A stretch of DNA of 62,555 bases from the NCBI GenBank assembly GCA_002685965.1, contig NYZE01000144.1:1-62555 (forward strand), in the 5' to 3' direction. The notes under the pieces are model-generated. The model had not been told where the DNA came from and made no database searches. It was given only the letters and a program-made list of their open reading frames with translations. Within the stretch, counting starts at the first letter, position 1. Each line of letters starts with the position of its first letter. Shown here in pieces: positions 48,147 through 58,465 of the stretch. The stretch comes from Planctomycetota bacterium (GTDB lineage: Bacteria > Planctomycetota > UBA1135 > GCA-002748355). Made by a program: the position numbers and the translations under genes.

Positions 48147-49526
48147 ATGGCCCACCCGACTCCGCGGTTCTCGTTCAACAAGCCGCTCCTTGTCGTGGAC
48201 GTGGTCGGCCTGCGTCCGAAGGACCTGGACCTCGCGCCTCAGATCCGCGCCGTCGCCGACGGTGGCGGCAGAGTCGAGCCGCTGACGACGATCGTTCCGG
48301 CGGTCACGTGCTCCGTGCAGGCTTCGATACTGACAGGCGTCCGGCCGCAGCAACACGGCGTCGTTGGCAACGGCTGGTACTTCCGTGACCTGTGCCAGGT
48401 CTGGTTGTGGCGCCAGTCGAACAAGCTGGTCCAGGCCAAGGAGATCTATGACTACGGCCTCGAATCCGACGACGACTTCAAGTGCGCCAAGCTGTTCTGG
48501 TGGTTCAACATGTACTCGAGCGCTGCGGTCAGCTTGACGCCGCGACCGCAGTACTTCGCCGACGGTCTGAAGATGCCGGGCCTCTACAGTCGCCCAGCCG
48601 AGCTTGCGGACGAGATTCAGGCGGACCTGGGTCCGTTTCCCCTGTTCCGGTTTTGGGGGCCGGCTGCGGACGTCACGTCGACCACTTGGATCGTCGACGC
48701 ATCGATCCGAACGCTCGAGCGCGAGCGGCCCGACCTGGCGCTCGTCTACCTGCCACACCTCGACTACGACCACCAGCGCTGGGGTCCCGATGATGCTCGT
48801 TCACGCGCGGCGGTGACCGCGGTCGACGTCGAGGCCGGCCGACTCATCGACAGGGCCCGCGCGCTCGGCATGGAAGTGCTGGTAGTGTCCGAGTACGGCA
48901 TCGAGACCGTCGAGCGGCCGGTCTTCCTCAACCGCGACCTGCGGCGGGCGGGCCTGCTCGCGACCCAGCGCACCGCGCACGGAGAGCTCCTGGACTTCGG
49001 CGCTAGCCGAGCTTTCGCGGTGTGCGATCACCAGGTCGGGCACGTCTACGTTGACCGCGACGCTGACCTGTCGCGTGTGCGCGCTGTCGTCGCAGCGATC
49101 GACGGCGTCGACCGCGTACTCGACCGTGGCGAGCAGAGTGAGCTCGGTCTCGATCATGACCGGTCCGGCGAGCTGGTGGCGCTGGCCGAGCGCGACTCGT
49201 GGTTTGCTTACCACTACTGGTTCGACGAAGACCTGCGCCCGGACTTCGCGCCGACCGTCGACATCCACCGTAAGCCCGGCTACGACCCGGCCGAGCTCTT
49301 CCTCGACCCGGGTCTACGTTTCCCGAAACTCGCGCTGGGCTGGCGCCTGCTCCAGAAGAAGCTCGGCTTTCGCTACCTGATGGACGTCATCTCGACCGAC
49401 CCGTCGATGGTGCGCGGCTCGCACGGGTTGCTGCCGAGCGCACCCGACCTCGGACCGGTGTGCATCGCCAGCCCAGGATTGACACTTCCCGACCACCCCC
49501 GCGTCGAGAGCCTGTTGTTCAAGTAG
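48147..49526 (+). CDS. Alkaline phosphatase superfamily nucleotide pyrophosphatase/phosphodiesterase (EboF-like)
   Basis: VDVVGL, PAVTCSVQA, LFWWFNM, YLPHLDY, SEYGI, VDIHRKPGYDP and GSHG. Confidence 0.85.
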   Translation: MAHPTPRFSFNKPLLVVDVVGLRPKDLDLAPQIRAVADGGGRVEPLTTIVPAVTCSVQASILTGVRPQQHGVVGNGWYFRDLCQVWLWRQSNKLVQAKEIYDYGLESDDDFKCAKLFWWFNMYSSAAVSLTPRPQYFADGLKMPGLYSRPAELADEIQADLGPFPLFRFWGPAADVTSTTWIVDASIRTLERERPDLALVYLPHLDYDHQRWGPDDARSRAAVTAVDVEAGRLIDRARALGMEVLVVSEYGIETVERPVFLNRDLRRAGLLATQRTAHGELLDFGASRAFAVCDHQVGHVYVDRDADLSRVRAVVAAIDGVDRVLDRGEQSELGLDHDRSGELVALAERDSWFAYHYWFDEDLRPDFAPTVDIHRKPGYDPAELFLDPGLRFPKLALGWRLLQKKLGFRYLMDVISTDPSMVRGSHGLLPSAPDLGPVCIASPGLTLPDHPRVESLLFK

Positions 49527-49628
49527 CGGCGCTGTTGGTTTCTGTGGCCGATGCACCTAGAAGTAGGCGCATCCTCTTTCTGCATCCCCCTTCTGCAGCG
49601 TCCCGCAAAGCAGCCCCGGAGAACACCA

Positions 49629-50390
49629 GTGCAAGGCAAAGTCGCCGCAGTCTTTGGCATCGCGAATCATCGTTCGATCGCCTGGGGCATAGCCAAAGCC
49701 CTTCACGATTCCGGCTGTAGGCTGGCGCTCAGCTACCAGAACGAGCGCATGGGGCAAAAGCTCGACAAGCTCGCCTCCGAGCTAGGGGATCCGTGGCGCC
49801 GTGAATGCGATGTCACTGACGAGGGTGCGGTCGAGTCGTTCTTTGGCGAGCTGCGTGAGGAACTCGGCGGGCTCGACTACCTCGTGCACTCGGTGGCGTT
49901 CGCCAAGCGCGAGGAGCTCGCCGGCGAGTATCTCAACACGAGCTGGGACGGGTTTGCTCTCGCTCAGGAAGTCTCGGCCTACTCGCTGGTCCGCTTGACG
50001 CGCCACGCCGCTCCACTCATGGAAGGGCGCAACGGCTCGATCATCGCCCTGTCCTATCTCGGCTCTGTGCGCGTCGTGCCGGGCTACAACGTCATGGGCG
50101 TCGCCAAGGCATCGCTCGAATCGAGCATGCGCTATCTCGCCACGGATCTCGGACCCCGCGGGGTCCGGGTTAATGCCGTCTCCGCTGGCCCGATTCGCAC
50201 GCTGTCGGCTTCGGGCGTGGCCGGCTTCACCGACATGCTGCAATACGCCGCCGAGCGGGCGCCGCTCAGGCGCAACGTCACGATCGACGAGGTCGGCAAG
50301 GCCGTGCGCTTCCTGCTGTCGGACGACGCCAGTGGCATTACCGGCCAGGTGCTCTACGTCGACTGCGGCTACGAATCGATGGGCATGTGA
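49629..50390 (+). CDS. fabI: Enoyl-ACP reductase
   Basis: GIANHRSIAWGIA, VHSVAFA, YNVMGVAKASLE and GPIRTL. GGAGAA RBS before GTG 49629. Confidence 0.95.
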   Translation: MQGKVAAVFGIANHRSIAWGIAKALHDSGCRLALSYQNERMGQKLDKLASELGDPWRRECDVTDEGAVESFFGELREELGGLDYLVHSVAFAKREELAGEYLNTSWDGFALAQEVSAYSLVRLTRHAAPLMEGRNGSIIALSYLGSVRVVPGYNVMGVAKASLESSMRYLATDLGPRGVRVNAVSAGPIRTLSASGVAGFTDMLQYAAERAPLRRNVTIDEVGKAVRFLLSDDASGITGQVLYVDCGYESMGM

Positions 50391-50398
50391 CGACCCGG

Positions 50399-51472
50399 CT
50401 ACTGCTTCAGTAGCCGCCGCACTTCCCTGCGCTCACGTTCGTCTTCGAGCTTTGGCAGCGCCCGGCGATACAGGGCTTTCGCCGCGTCATGGTCGCCATC
50501 GACCCACAGCAGTCGCGCCAGGTTCACCAAGGACGGTAGGTGCGTTGCGTCCCGCGCCAGCGTGGCGCGGTAGGTGGCGATCGCCGCGGCGCGGTCGCCG
50601 ACGAGTTTCGACTCGAGGAACAACGCGAGGTTGAAACGCGGCGTCGGGTCGGCCGGCGCCAAACGTGCAGCCTTTTGCCATAGTTCGCGGATGCGGTTCT
50701 TCTCCGCGTCGGGCACGGTGGCGCGTTCGAGGGCCAAGGTGAACCTGCAGTGCGCTTCGCCGGCCGGACCACGTGGATCCTCGGGCTCTCGGATGGATAG
50801 CTCGTGAAAGGCACGCAACGCGCGAGCGAGTGATGTCGCGCGCTCCGCGCTCTGGTCGGGGGCGTCGGCCAGAGACAGGTAACAACGCGCTTCCTGGATC
50901 AGAGCCTCGGTCGGCAAGTCGGGCAGGGCACGCAGTGCCTCGAGGTGAAGCCTTGCCCCGCGCTCTTCGCCGAGCTCCATCGACAGGCGCGCGGCGGCGA
51001 GGAGCGATTCCGGGAGGAAGGCCGACAATGACAGCGCCCGTCGATGGGCAGCGAGTCCCGCTTCGCGATGGCCGTCCACTTCGTAGAAGCGGCCGAGCGC
51101 TGCGTGGGCGTGAGCGCTCTTTGGCGCCAGCCGCGTTGCCCGCAGTAGGGCCGCCTCGGTGTCCTCGAGCTGTGTCACCGACCGAGCAACGGCCTTTAGG
51201 CCGTGCGCCCGCTCGGTCAGCGCCTGTCCGAGTAGGGTCCAGGCCTGGGCCAGCCGCGGGTCGCGCGCGATCAGTGCGCGCGCCGTGCGTTCGGCGCGGT
51301 CGAGGTCTGCAGCGGCGAGGGCTGCCGAGCCCCCCGCAAGCATGGCCTGAGCCTTGGCATCGGGTTTGACAGCACCCTCGACCGGCGCGTCGGCGGCGCG
51401 CTCCGCTGGCGGTGGTGGCACGCTCGTGCACGAAACCAGCCAGATCGAAGCACCCAGGCAGAGGAACCGCAT
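50399..51472 (-). CDS. TPR-repeat lipoprotein
   Basis: MRFLCLGASIWLVS|C lipobox; multiple TPRs (DPRLAQAWTLLG, APKSAHAHAALG, PRFNLALFLE). Confidence 0.8.
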   Translation of the reverse strand: MRFLCLGASIWLVSCTSVPPPPAERAADAPVEGAVKPDAKAQAMLAGGSAALAAADLDRAERTARALIARDPRLAQAWTLLGQALTERAHGLKAVARSVTQLEDTEAALLRATRLAPKSAHAHAALGRFYEVDGHREAGLAAHRRALSLSAFLPESLLAAARLSMELGEERGARLHLEALRALPDLPTEALIQEARCYLSLADAPDQSAERATSLARALRAFHELSIREPEDPRGPAGEAHCRFTLALERATVPDAEKNRIRELWQKAARLAPADPTPRFNLALFLESKLVGDRAAAIATYRATLARDATHLPSLVNLARLLWVDGDHDAAKALYRRALPKLEDERERREVRRLLKQ

Positions 51473-51519
51473 GGCAGGACATCGTGACGCGGGCGCCATG
51501 CGGTTGCTACCCTTCCCGC

Positions 51520-52542
<1,023 letters not shown>

Positions 52543-52567
52543 TCGGGTCGATCCTCCCCAACTCCTA

Positions 52568-52730
52568 CCGCTTGGAGGAAAAACGCCTGTTCAGGGAGAT
52601 TCCCGTAGGACAGCGGGAGCACCGCGAGTGCTCTTGCGTCACCGGGGTGTGCAAGGGACGTAGAGGCCCCAGGCTGCTGGCAGGGGGGTTTCTTTGGCGG
52701 CCGGAGGGGGTGTCCGGCCGCCATTTTTTT
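52568..52730 (+). ncRNA. Candidate structured non-coding RNA (rod-like, possibly 6S-like)
   Basis: Nested complementary segments: 52613-52622/52628-52637, 52609-52611/52638-52640, 52601-52605/52643-52647, 52586-52594/52677-52684 and 52568-52580/52689-52700; ends in a terminator; lies between convergent genes. Confidence 0.4.
52695..52730 (+). terminator. Rho-independent terminator
   Basis: TGGCGGCCGGA-GGGGGTG-TCCGGCCGCCA perfect 11-bp stem followed by T7. Confidence 0.9.
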
Positions 52731-52788
52731 AGGCCTGGCGCATCGGCAAGCACCGACCGCGCACACGCACGCAGGTGGAGGTAGATGC

Positions 52789-52823
52789 AGCAACGGGAAT
52801 GCCCGAAGGGCAGGGGCGTTGCT
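52789..52823 (-). terminator. Hairpin just downstream of the HD-GYP gene stop
   Basis: AGCAACG...TGCCC-GAA-GGGCA...CGTTGCT nested inverted repeat; no U-tract. Confidence 0.4.
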
Positions 52824-52830
52824 CTTCCGC

Positions 52831-53916
52831 TCAGCTCCTGTGGCGCGTCACCGCGGGTAGCCCCCCCGACAGATTCGCCTGCATGAGCCCGCCACTGGCG
52901 ATGAGTTCCACGAAGGCCGCGGTCAACTCGGGATCGAGGACACGGCCACTCTCGCTCTGCAGCACCTTGATCGCTTCCGCGTGGGGCAACGGCTCGCGGT
53001 AGGGACGCTCGCTCGTGATCGCGTCGAAGTAGTCGACGAGCTTAACGATGCGGCCGCCGAGCGGAGTCTCCTCGTCGACGAGGCCGTCCGGATAACCGGT
53101 GCCGTCCCAGTTCTCGTGGTGCCGTAGCACCATCGGGAGGATCGGCTCCATGAGCAGAATTGGCTCGAGGATGCGCGCGCCGGCTACTGGGTGCGCCATC
53201 ATGATCTCACGCTCTTGCTTGTTGAGCCGTCCCGTCGAGTTGAGGATGTCGTCGGGCACGCCGACTTTGCCGATGTCGTGCAGCTTTGCCCCGAACGAGT
53301 AGTTCTGGAACTGTTGCTCGGGAAGCTCCAGGAAGCGGCAGAACGCCTTGGTGTATTGCGCGACTCGGTCCGAGTGCTCCTTGGTGTAGGGACTCTTGGC
53401 ATCGATCACGCCGGCAAGGCCGATCATGAAGTCGATCAGATTGTCGCGCTCGACCTTCTTGGTCTCTTCGAGCAGTTGGAACTTCATCGCCTGCTGACGC
53501 AGGTTGCGGTGCTCCCGCACGCGTTGGATCAGGAGTTTGATCTCGTCGATCAGGAAGGGCTTGCGGATGTAGTCGAAGGCGCCGTTCTTGAGCAGTGACA
53601 GCGCGAGATTCGGATCGAGGTAGTCCGTCATCAACACGACGTCCGCCTGGTAGTCGCGCTTCTGGATCTCCTCGATCAACCCGACGCCGCCGAGTCCGTG
53701 CATCGCAAGGTCCACGAACACGAGGAAGACCTCGTCGTGTTGGGCCAGGATGTCGAGCGCAGCCTCACCGCTGTCGGCGAGCAACGGGACCAGCCCCCAG
53801 CTCTCGAGGTTACGGCGGAACGAATGTCGGACTGAGCGCTCCGGGTCGACGACGAGGACCGTGCGGTTCCCCGTGGTGACGAACTCCGGTGGTGTGGCGA
53901 CGTGCGACACTTCCAT
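52831..53916 (-). CDS. Response regulator with HD-GYP cyclic-dinucleotide phosphodiesterase domain
   Basis: REC domain (VVDPE, FVDLAM, YIRKP) plus HSDRV, LHDIGK, HHENWDGTGYP and RPYR. Confidence 0.92.
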   Translation of the reverse strand: MEVSHVATPPEFVTTGNRTVLVVDPERSVRHSFRRNLESWGLVPLLADSGEAALDILAQHDEVFLVFVDLAMHGLGGVGLIEEIQKRDYQADVVLMTDYLDPNLALSLLKNGAFDYIRKPFLIDEIKLLIQRVREHRNLRQQAMKFQLLEETKKVERDNLIDFMIGLAGVIDAKSPYTKEHSDRVAQYTKAFCRFLELPEQQFQNYSFGAKLHDIGKVGVPDDILNSTGRLNKQEREIMMAHPVAGARILEPILLMEPILPMVLRHHENWDGTGYPDGLVDEETPLGGRIVKLVDYFDAITSERPYREPLPHAEAIKVLQSESGRVLDPELTAAFVELIASGGLMQANLSGGLPAVTRHRS

Positions 53917-54006
53917 GTCGCAAAGTTCGACACGTCCATCGGGTGGACTTGAGCGCCAATCTCCCGCGCGGACTCACCGTGGATTTACGGTGCGGCTGCC
54001 ACCGGG

Positions 54007-54822
54007 TCACCCGTCGAGGGCGTCTTCTTCTTCTCCGCCCAGTCCTTCGGACACGCTGTCATGCGCGGCTGGCGCGATAGGCCCAAAGCTATCGCCGAGA
54101 TAGACGCGTCGCACCTCCTCGGAGGCGATCAGGGCTGCCGGCGCACCTTCCTTGAGCACCTTGCCCTCATGGATGATGTAGGAGCGTCCTGTGATCTTCA
54201 GGGTTTCGTGGACGTTGTGGTCGGTCAGGAGGATGCCGATGCCTCGGTCGGCGAGGCTGGCGAGGATCTGCTGCACGTCCTGGACCGCCTTCGGGTCGAC
54301 CCCGGAGAACGGCTCGTCGAGCAGGATGAGGTTTGGATTCGTCGCGAGTCCGCGCGTGATCTCGAGGCGACGACGCTCGCCACCGGACAACGTGTCAGCG
54401 ATGCTCTTGCGCAGATTGCCCAGGCTCAACTCGTCGAGCAGTTCCTCGAGGCGTGCCCGGCGCGCTTGCCGTGGGATGCCAATCGCCTCCAGCACCGCGA
54501 GGATGTTGTCCTCCACGCTCATGCGCCGGAAGACGGACGGCTCCTGGGACAGGTAGCCCATCCCGAGCCGCGCCCGCTTGTACATGAAGAGCTTCGTGAT
54601 CTTGCGGCCGCGGAAGAAGACGTCGCCCGCGTCGGCGCGGATCATGCCGACGATCATGCGGAACGTCGTTGTCTTGCCGGCGCCGTTTGCGCCCAGCAAA
54701 CCGACGATCTCGCCGGGCTCGACGTTGAGGCAAACCTCGTCGACTACTCGCCGTCGGCGGTAGGACTTGACCAGGTTCTTGGCCTCCAGCAGAGGCGCGT
54801 GGCTATCAGTTGTGGATTCCAT
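54007..54822 (-). CDS. lptB: LPS export ABC transporter ATP-binding protein
   Basis: GANGAGKTT, YLSQEPSVFR, LSGGERRRLEI, LLDEPFSGVDP, TDHNV and VRRVYLG. Confidence 0.95.
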   Translation of the reverse strand: MESTTDSHAPLLEAKNLVKSYRRRRVVDEVCLNVEPGEIVGLLGANGAGKTTTFRMIVGMIRADAGDVFFRGRKITKLFMYKRARLGMGYLSQEPSVFRRMSVEDNILAVLEAIGIPRQARRARLEELLDELSLGNLRKSIADTLSGGERRRLEITRGLATNPNLILLDEPFSGVDPKAVQDVQQILASLADRGIGILLTDHNVHETLKITGRSYIIHEGKVLKEGAPAALIASEEVRRVYLGDSFGPIAPAAHDSVSEGLGGEEEDALDG

Positions 54823-55020
54823 GTGGAAAAGGCGCCCCCTCCTGATCGGTCCACCGTATATGCGCTACCGGTTCCCCGCGGTTCATCTGGCCCGCTCGGT
54901 CCAACGCGCTGGCATGACGGTGTTTGCGGCGTCTAAAGAAGATCCAAGGGCCCGATTCGCAAGTGGGGCCAGTGCTGCCAAGCAGTGTGGAAAAGTCGAC
55001 TTCGGTTGTCTCACTGGGCC

Positions 55021-56580
55021 TCACCGAATGAGACCAATGCGGAACCAAGCAAAGGGGTTAGCGGGCCAGAACGTCGCGAAAGCCCTGCCCATCATGTACT
55101 TGCCGGGAACGAAGCGGACGGAGTCGCCTCGCTCTTCGTCCCGCATCCATTTTCGGACGTCCTCGGGGCTGCCGATCAGCACGTGCTCCTCGCCCTGAAG
55201 GTCAGAGAGGACGATGCGGTTGCGCTTTGGCACGACGACGGGGTTCTCGTCGCGATCTAGCGACTCAGGCTGATTCTTGAACATCCACCGGGCGTTACCG
55301 ACCAGGAGTTTGCCCTTGTTCGGAGCGACGATGCGGTTGTCTGCGTCGACCCAGATCTTGGCGAGAGCCCAGGAGCGGCCGTCGTCGGACTGCTCTGGAT
55401 TGTCGCCGAGCATCCAGAGGTGGTCGGCGGGCACCTCGAACACGAAGTCCGGGTCCTCGTCCCAGGGCAGGTAACACATGTCGCGGTCGACCGTCGTTTC
55501 GGCGAAGCGCGTCGTCCCGCCCTCGGCCGTCAAGCGCAGCTGGACTCCGCCCTGCGCCAGATGCCGGGGCATGCTCGTGTATGCGAGCGGTCCGAGACTC
55601 GTGCCCCCGACCCTGGCAAAGAGCCGGTCGTCCGAGTTGATGAACTCGAGGGCCAGTTCGCTGCCGGCTGTCCACTCGATGTTCTCGCTCCTGACTTCGA
55701 CCTTCTGGGCGTTCGGCCGCAGCTCGCGCGCGCGCAGGCGTGCCGTCGCAGCGTCGCCCCTCTTCTCGATGCGCAGGCTCAACTCACGAGCGCTGCCGCC
55801 CTCGGGTCGTTCGGTCAGAAGCAGCTCGATGGCTTCCGTCTTGTCGTCGGGCGTCGCCGCCGTCCTCCACCGGATGTCGCCGACCATCGCTCGTCCACTG
55901 CCGAGCCCGGCTCGCTGCAGGTCCTTGACCTTCTCTTGCAGGTATTCCGGGTAGCCGTGCCACGCGTGGTTACGCAGCTCGTCGGCGCGCAGGAACACCG
56001 TGCTGGCGCCGCGGCCGGTCGAGTCTCGTGCCACGACAACATCGCCGTCGACGCTCCACTTGCCGTTCGCGCTACGGATCTTGAACGCGCTTGCCGCGTT
56101 GGCCGTCGACTGCTCATAGACTCGCTTCCACAACGAGCCCTGCAGCGACAGGGGCTTGCGCACGATCTCGTAGGCCGGCAACTTGCCGGGCGGCGACACG
56201 CGGTAGAGATCTCCACCGGCGATCTTCAGCCGCTCGCCCGGTAGCCCGAGGATCCGCTTGACGTAGTTCTGGCTGCGGTTGTGCGGGTAGCGAAACACCG
56301 CGATGTCGAACCGCTGTGGGTCGCGCCAGAGGTAGGCCGCCTTGTTGACGAGGATGCGGTCGTAGATCCCGAGGTCTGGGCTGCCCATCAGCGTGGTCTG
56401 CATCGATGGGGTCGGGATCTCGTAGGCCTCAAGCAGGAAGTACTTGAGGCCCACCGCCATCAGGATCGCCATGGCTGCGGCTTCAATGTTCTCGCGCAGC
56501 TTGCGCGGCAGTGGCGGGTTGGTTGGGGGAGGCTTGGCCACGGGGGCGGAGAGGGTACTCGGCCAGGACGGCACGTGCAC
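55021..56580 (-). CDS. lepB: Signal peptidase I with large inserted domain
   Basis: IPTPSMQTTL (Ser), DRILVNK, NYVKRILGLPGE (Lys) and MLGDNPEQSDDGR; follows lepA. Confidence 0.9.
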   Translation of the reverse strand: MHVPSWPSTLSAPVAKPPPTNPPLPRKLRENIEAAAMAILMAVGLKYFLLEAYEIPTPSMQTTLMGSPDLGIYDRILVNKAAYLWRDPQRFDIAVFRYPHNRSQNYVKRILGLPGERLKIAGGDLYRVSPPGKLPAYEIVRKPLSLQGSLWKRVYEQSTANAASAFKIRSANGKWSVDGDVVVARDSTGRGASTVFLRADELRNHAWHGYPEYLQEKVKDLQRAGLGSGRAMVGDIRWRTAATPDDKTEAIELLLTERPEGGSARELSLRIEKRGDAATARLRARELRPNAQKVEVRSENIEWTAGSELALEFINSDDRLFARVGGTSLGPLAYTSMPRHLAQGGVQLRLTAEGGTTRFAETTVDRDMCYLPWDEDPDFVFEVPADHLWMLGDNPEQSDDGRSWALAKIWVDADNRIVAPNKGKLLVGNARWMFKNQPESLDRDENPVVVPKRNRIVLSDLQGEEHVLIGSPEDVRKWMRDEERGDSVRFVPGKYMMGRAFATFWPANPFAWFRIGLIR

Positions 56581-56611
56581 CCCTTGGGCCAGGGGCGGAG
56601 TCGCTCCTGGC

Positions 56612-58420
56612 TCAGTCGTCCGACTTCAGGACGGCCAAGAATGCCTTCTGCGGAATCTCGACGTTGCCAACCATCTTCATGCGCTTCTTGCCCTTCTTCT
56701 GCTTCTCCCAGAGCTTGCGCTTGCGTGAGATGTCGCCGCCGTAGCACTTGGCGGTCACGTTCTTGGACAGGGCCCGGATGTTCTCGCGGGCGACGATCTT
56801 GCCGTAGATCGCGGCCTGGATCGGGATCTGGAACATCTGGCGCGGGATCTCCTTGCGCAGGGCCTGGATCACCTCGCGGCCGCGCCGTTCGGCGTCGTCA
56901 CGGTGGACAATCGTGCAGAGTGCGTCGACATCCTCGCCATTGACCATCACTCTGAGCGGCACGAGGTTGCCCTGCCGGTATTCGATCAGCTCGTAGTCCA
57001 TCGTGCCGTAGCCGCGCGTGACCGATTTGAGCTTGTCGTGGAAGTCGTAAATGATCTCCGCCAGCGGGATCTCGAACGTCAGCATTTGGCGGTTGTGGCC
57101 GATGACTTCGGTCGTGACGTAGCGGCCGCGCCGGTCGGTGGCGAGCCGCATGACGCTGCCAATGGACTCGGCCGGGATCATGATCGATAGCTTGACGATG
57201 GGCTCGAGCATCGCACGGATCTGACTGCCGTCGGGTAACTCGGACGGACTGTGCACTTCTCTCTCGGAGCCGTCGTCGAGTTGGATCTGGTAGACGACAG
57301 TCGGCGCCGTTTGCACGAGGTCCATGTTGTCTTCGCGCTCGAGTCGCTCTTGCACGATTGCCATGTGCAGCAGCCCGAGGAAGCCGCAGCGGTAGCCGAA
57401 GCCGAGTGCGTCCGAGGACTCCGGCTCGTACGAGAACGAACTGTCGTTCAGCTTGAGCTTGTCGAGTGCCTTGCGCAGGTCATCGAAGTCCCCCGCATTG
57501 GTAGGGAAGAGCCCGCAGAAGACCATCGGTTTCGGCCGTTTGAAGCCCGGCAAGGGTTCGGCGCGCTCGCCCTTCTCGATCAGGATCGAGTCACCGACGA
57601 CCACGTCATCGAGCCGCTTGATGTTCGAGATCAGGTAGCCCACCTCGCCGGCTGACAGCTTGTCACGCGGCTGCATGGCGGGCTTCATGTGCCCGACTTC
57701 GAGCACTTCGTAGGCGGTCTTGGTGCCAGGCATCCAGATGCGCTGTCGCTTCTCCAGCGTCCCGTTGACGATGCGGCAGTAGATGACGACGCCTCGGTAG
57801 TCGTCGAAGAACGAGTCGAAGATCAGCGCTTGCAATGGCGCCTCAGACTGACCCTCGGGGGGCGGCACGCGCTCGACGATCGCCTCGAGGACGTCATCGA
57901 CGCCCACGCCCGTCTTGGCGCTGCAGTGGAGACAGTCTTCCGCCGGAAGACAGATCGCGTTCTCGATCTCCATCGCCGCCTCGTCGGGCTGTGCGGTGGG
58001 TAGATCGACCTTGTTGAGCACCGGGATCATGGCGAGGCCCGCGACCTCGGCCAGATGGGCATTGGCCACGGTCTGGGCCTCGACGCCCTGCGAGGCGTCG
58101 ACGAGCAGCAGCGCCCCTTCGCACGCTTCCAGAGACTTCTCGACCTCGTAGCTGAAGTCGACGTGTCCGGGCGTATCGATCAGGTTGAGCAGGTAGCGGT
58201 TGCCGTCCTTTGCCGTGTAGTGCATGGACACGGCCTTGGCCTTGATCGTGATGCCGCGCTCGCGCTCGAGCTCCATGTCATCGAGCAGCTGTGCCTGCAT
58301 TTCACGGGCAGTCACCGTGCCCGTAAGTTCCATGAGACGGTCCGCCAACGTCGACTTGCCGTGGTCGATGTGCGCGATGATGGAGAAGTTGCGGATGCGT
58401 TGGGTCAATGGTCCGGACAA
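56612..58420 (-). CDS. lepA: Elongation factor 4
   Basis: IRNFSIIAHIDHGKSTLADR, DTPGHVDF, GFLGLLHM and KCYGGDISRKRKL. Confidence 0.98.
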   Translation of the reverse strand: MSGPLTQRIRNFSIIAHIDHGKSTLADRLMELTGTVTAREMQAQLLDDMELERERGITIKAKAVSMHYTAKDGNRYLLNLIDTPGHVDFSYEVEKSLEACEGALLLVDASQGVEAQTVANAHLAEVAGLAMIPVLNKVDLPTAQPDEAAMEIENAICLPAEDCLHCSAKTGVGVDDVLEAIVERVPPPEGQSEAPLQALIFDSFFDDYRGVVIYCRIVNGTLEKRQRIWMPGTKTAYEVLEVGHMKPAMQPRDKLSAGEVGYLISNIKRLDDVVVGDSILIEKGERAEPLPGFKRPKPMVFCGLFPTNAGDFDDLRKALDKLKLNDSSFSYEPESSDALGFGYRCGFLGLLHMAIVQERLEREDNMDLVQTAPTVVYQIQLDDGSEREVHSPSELPDGSQIRAMLEPIVKLSIMIPAESIGSVMRLATDRRGRYVTTEVIGHNRQMLTFEIPLAEIIYDFHDKLKSVTRGYGTMDYELIEYRQGNLVPLRVMVNGEDVDALCTIVHRDDAERRGREVIQALRKEIPRQMFQIPIQAAIYGKIVARENIRALSKNVTAKCYGGDISRKRKLWEKQKKGKKRMKMVGNVEIPQKAFLAVLKSDD

Positions 58421-58435
58421 GTTGGCTCTCAGGAT

Positions 58436-58465
58436 GACTCTAGAGGGACTCTAGAGGGACTCTAG
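58436..58465. repeat. 11-bp tandem repeat (GACTCTAGAGG x2.7) spanning the rdgB stop
   Basis: Units at 58436-58446, 58447-58457 and a partial copy at 58458-58465. Confidence 0.9.

Noticed and set aside
48009-48773. N-terminal extension making the GT-C-like ORF 957 aa
   Set aside because: The extension is antisense to the phosphodiesterase gene; the membrane domain begins near GTG 48008.
52651-52690. GGGACGTAGAGGCCCC resembles part of a c-di-GMP-I riboswitch near the HD-GYP gene
   Set aside because: No matching P1/GNRA architecture is visible and no same-strand gene follows; kept only as a generic ncRNA candidate.
58436-58465. GACTCTAGAGG matches the pUC polylinker core (vector contamination)
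   Set aside because: Flanks are not vector sequence, and the repeat encodes the natural rdgB C-terminus within conserved rph-rdgB synteny.
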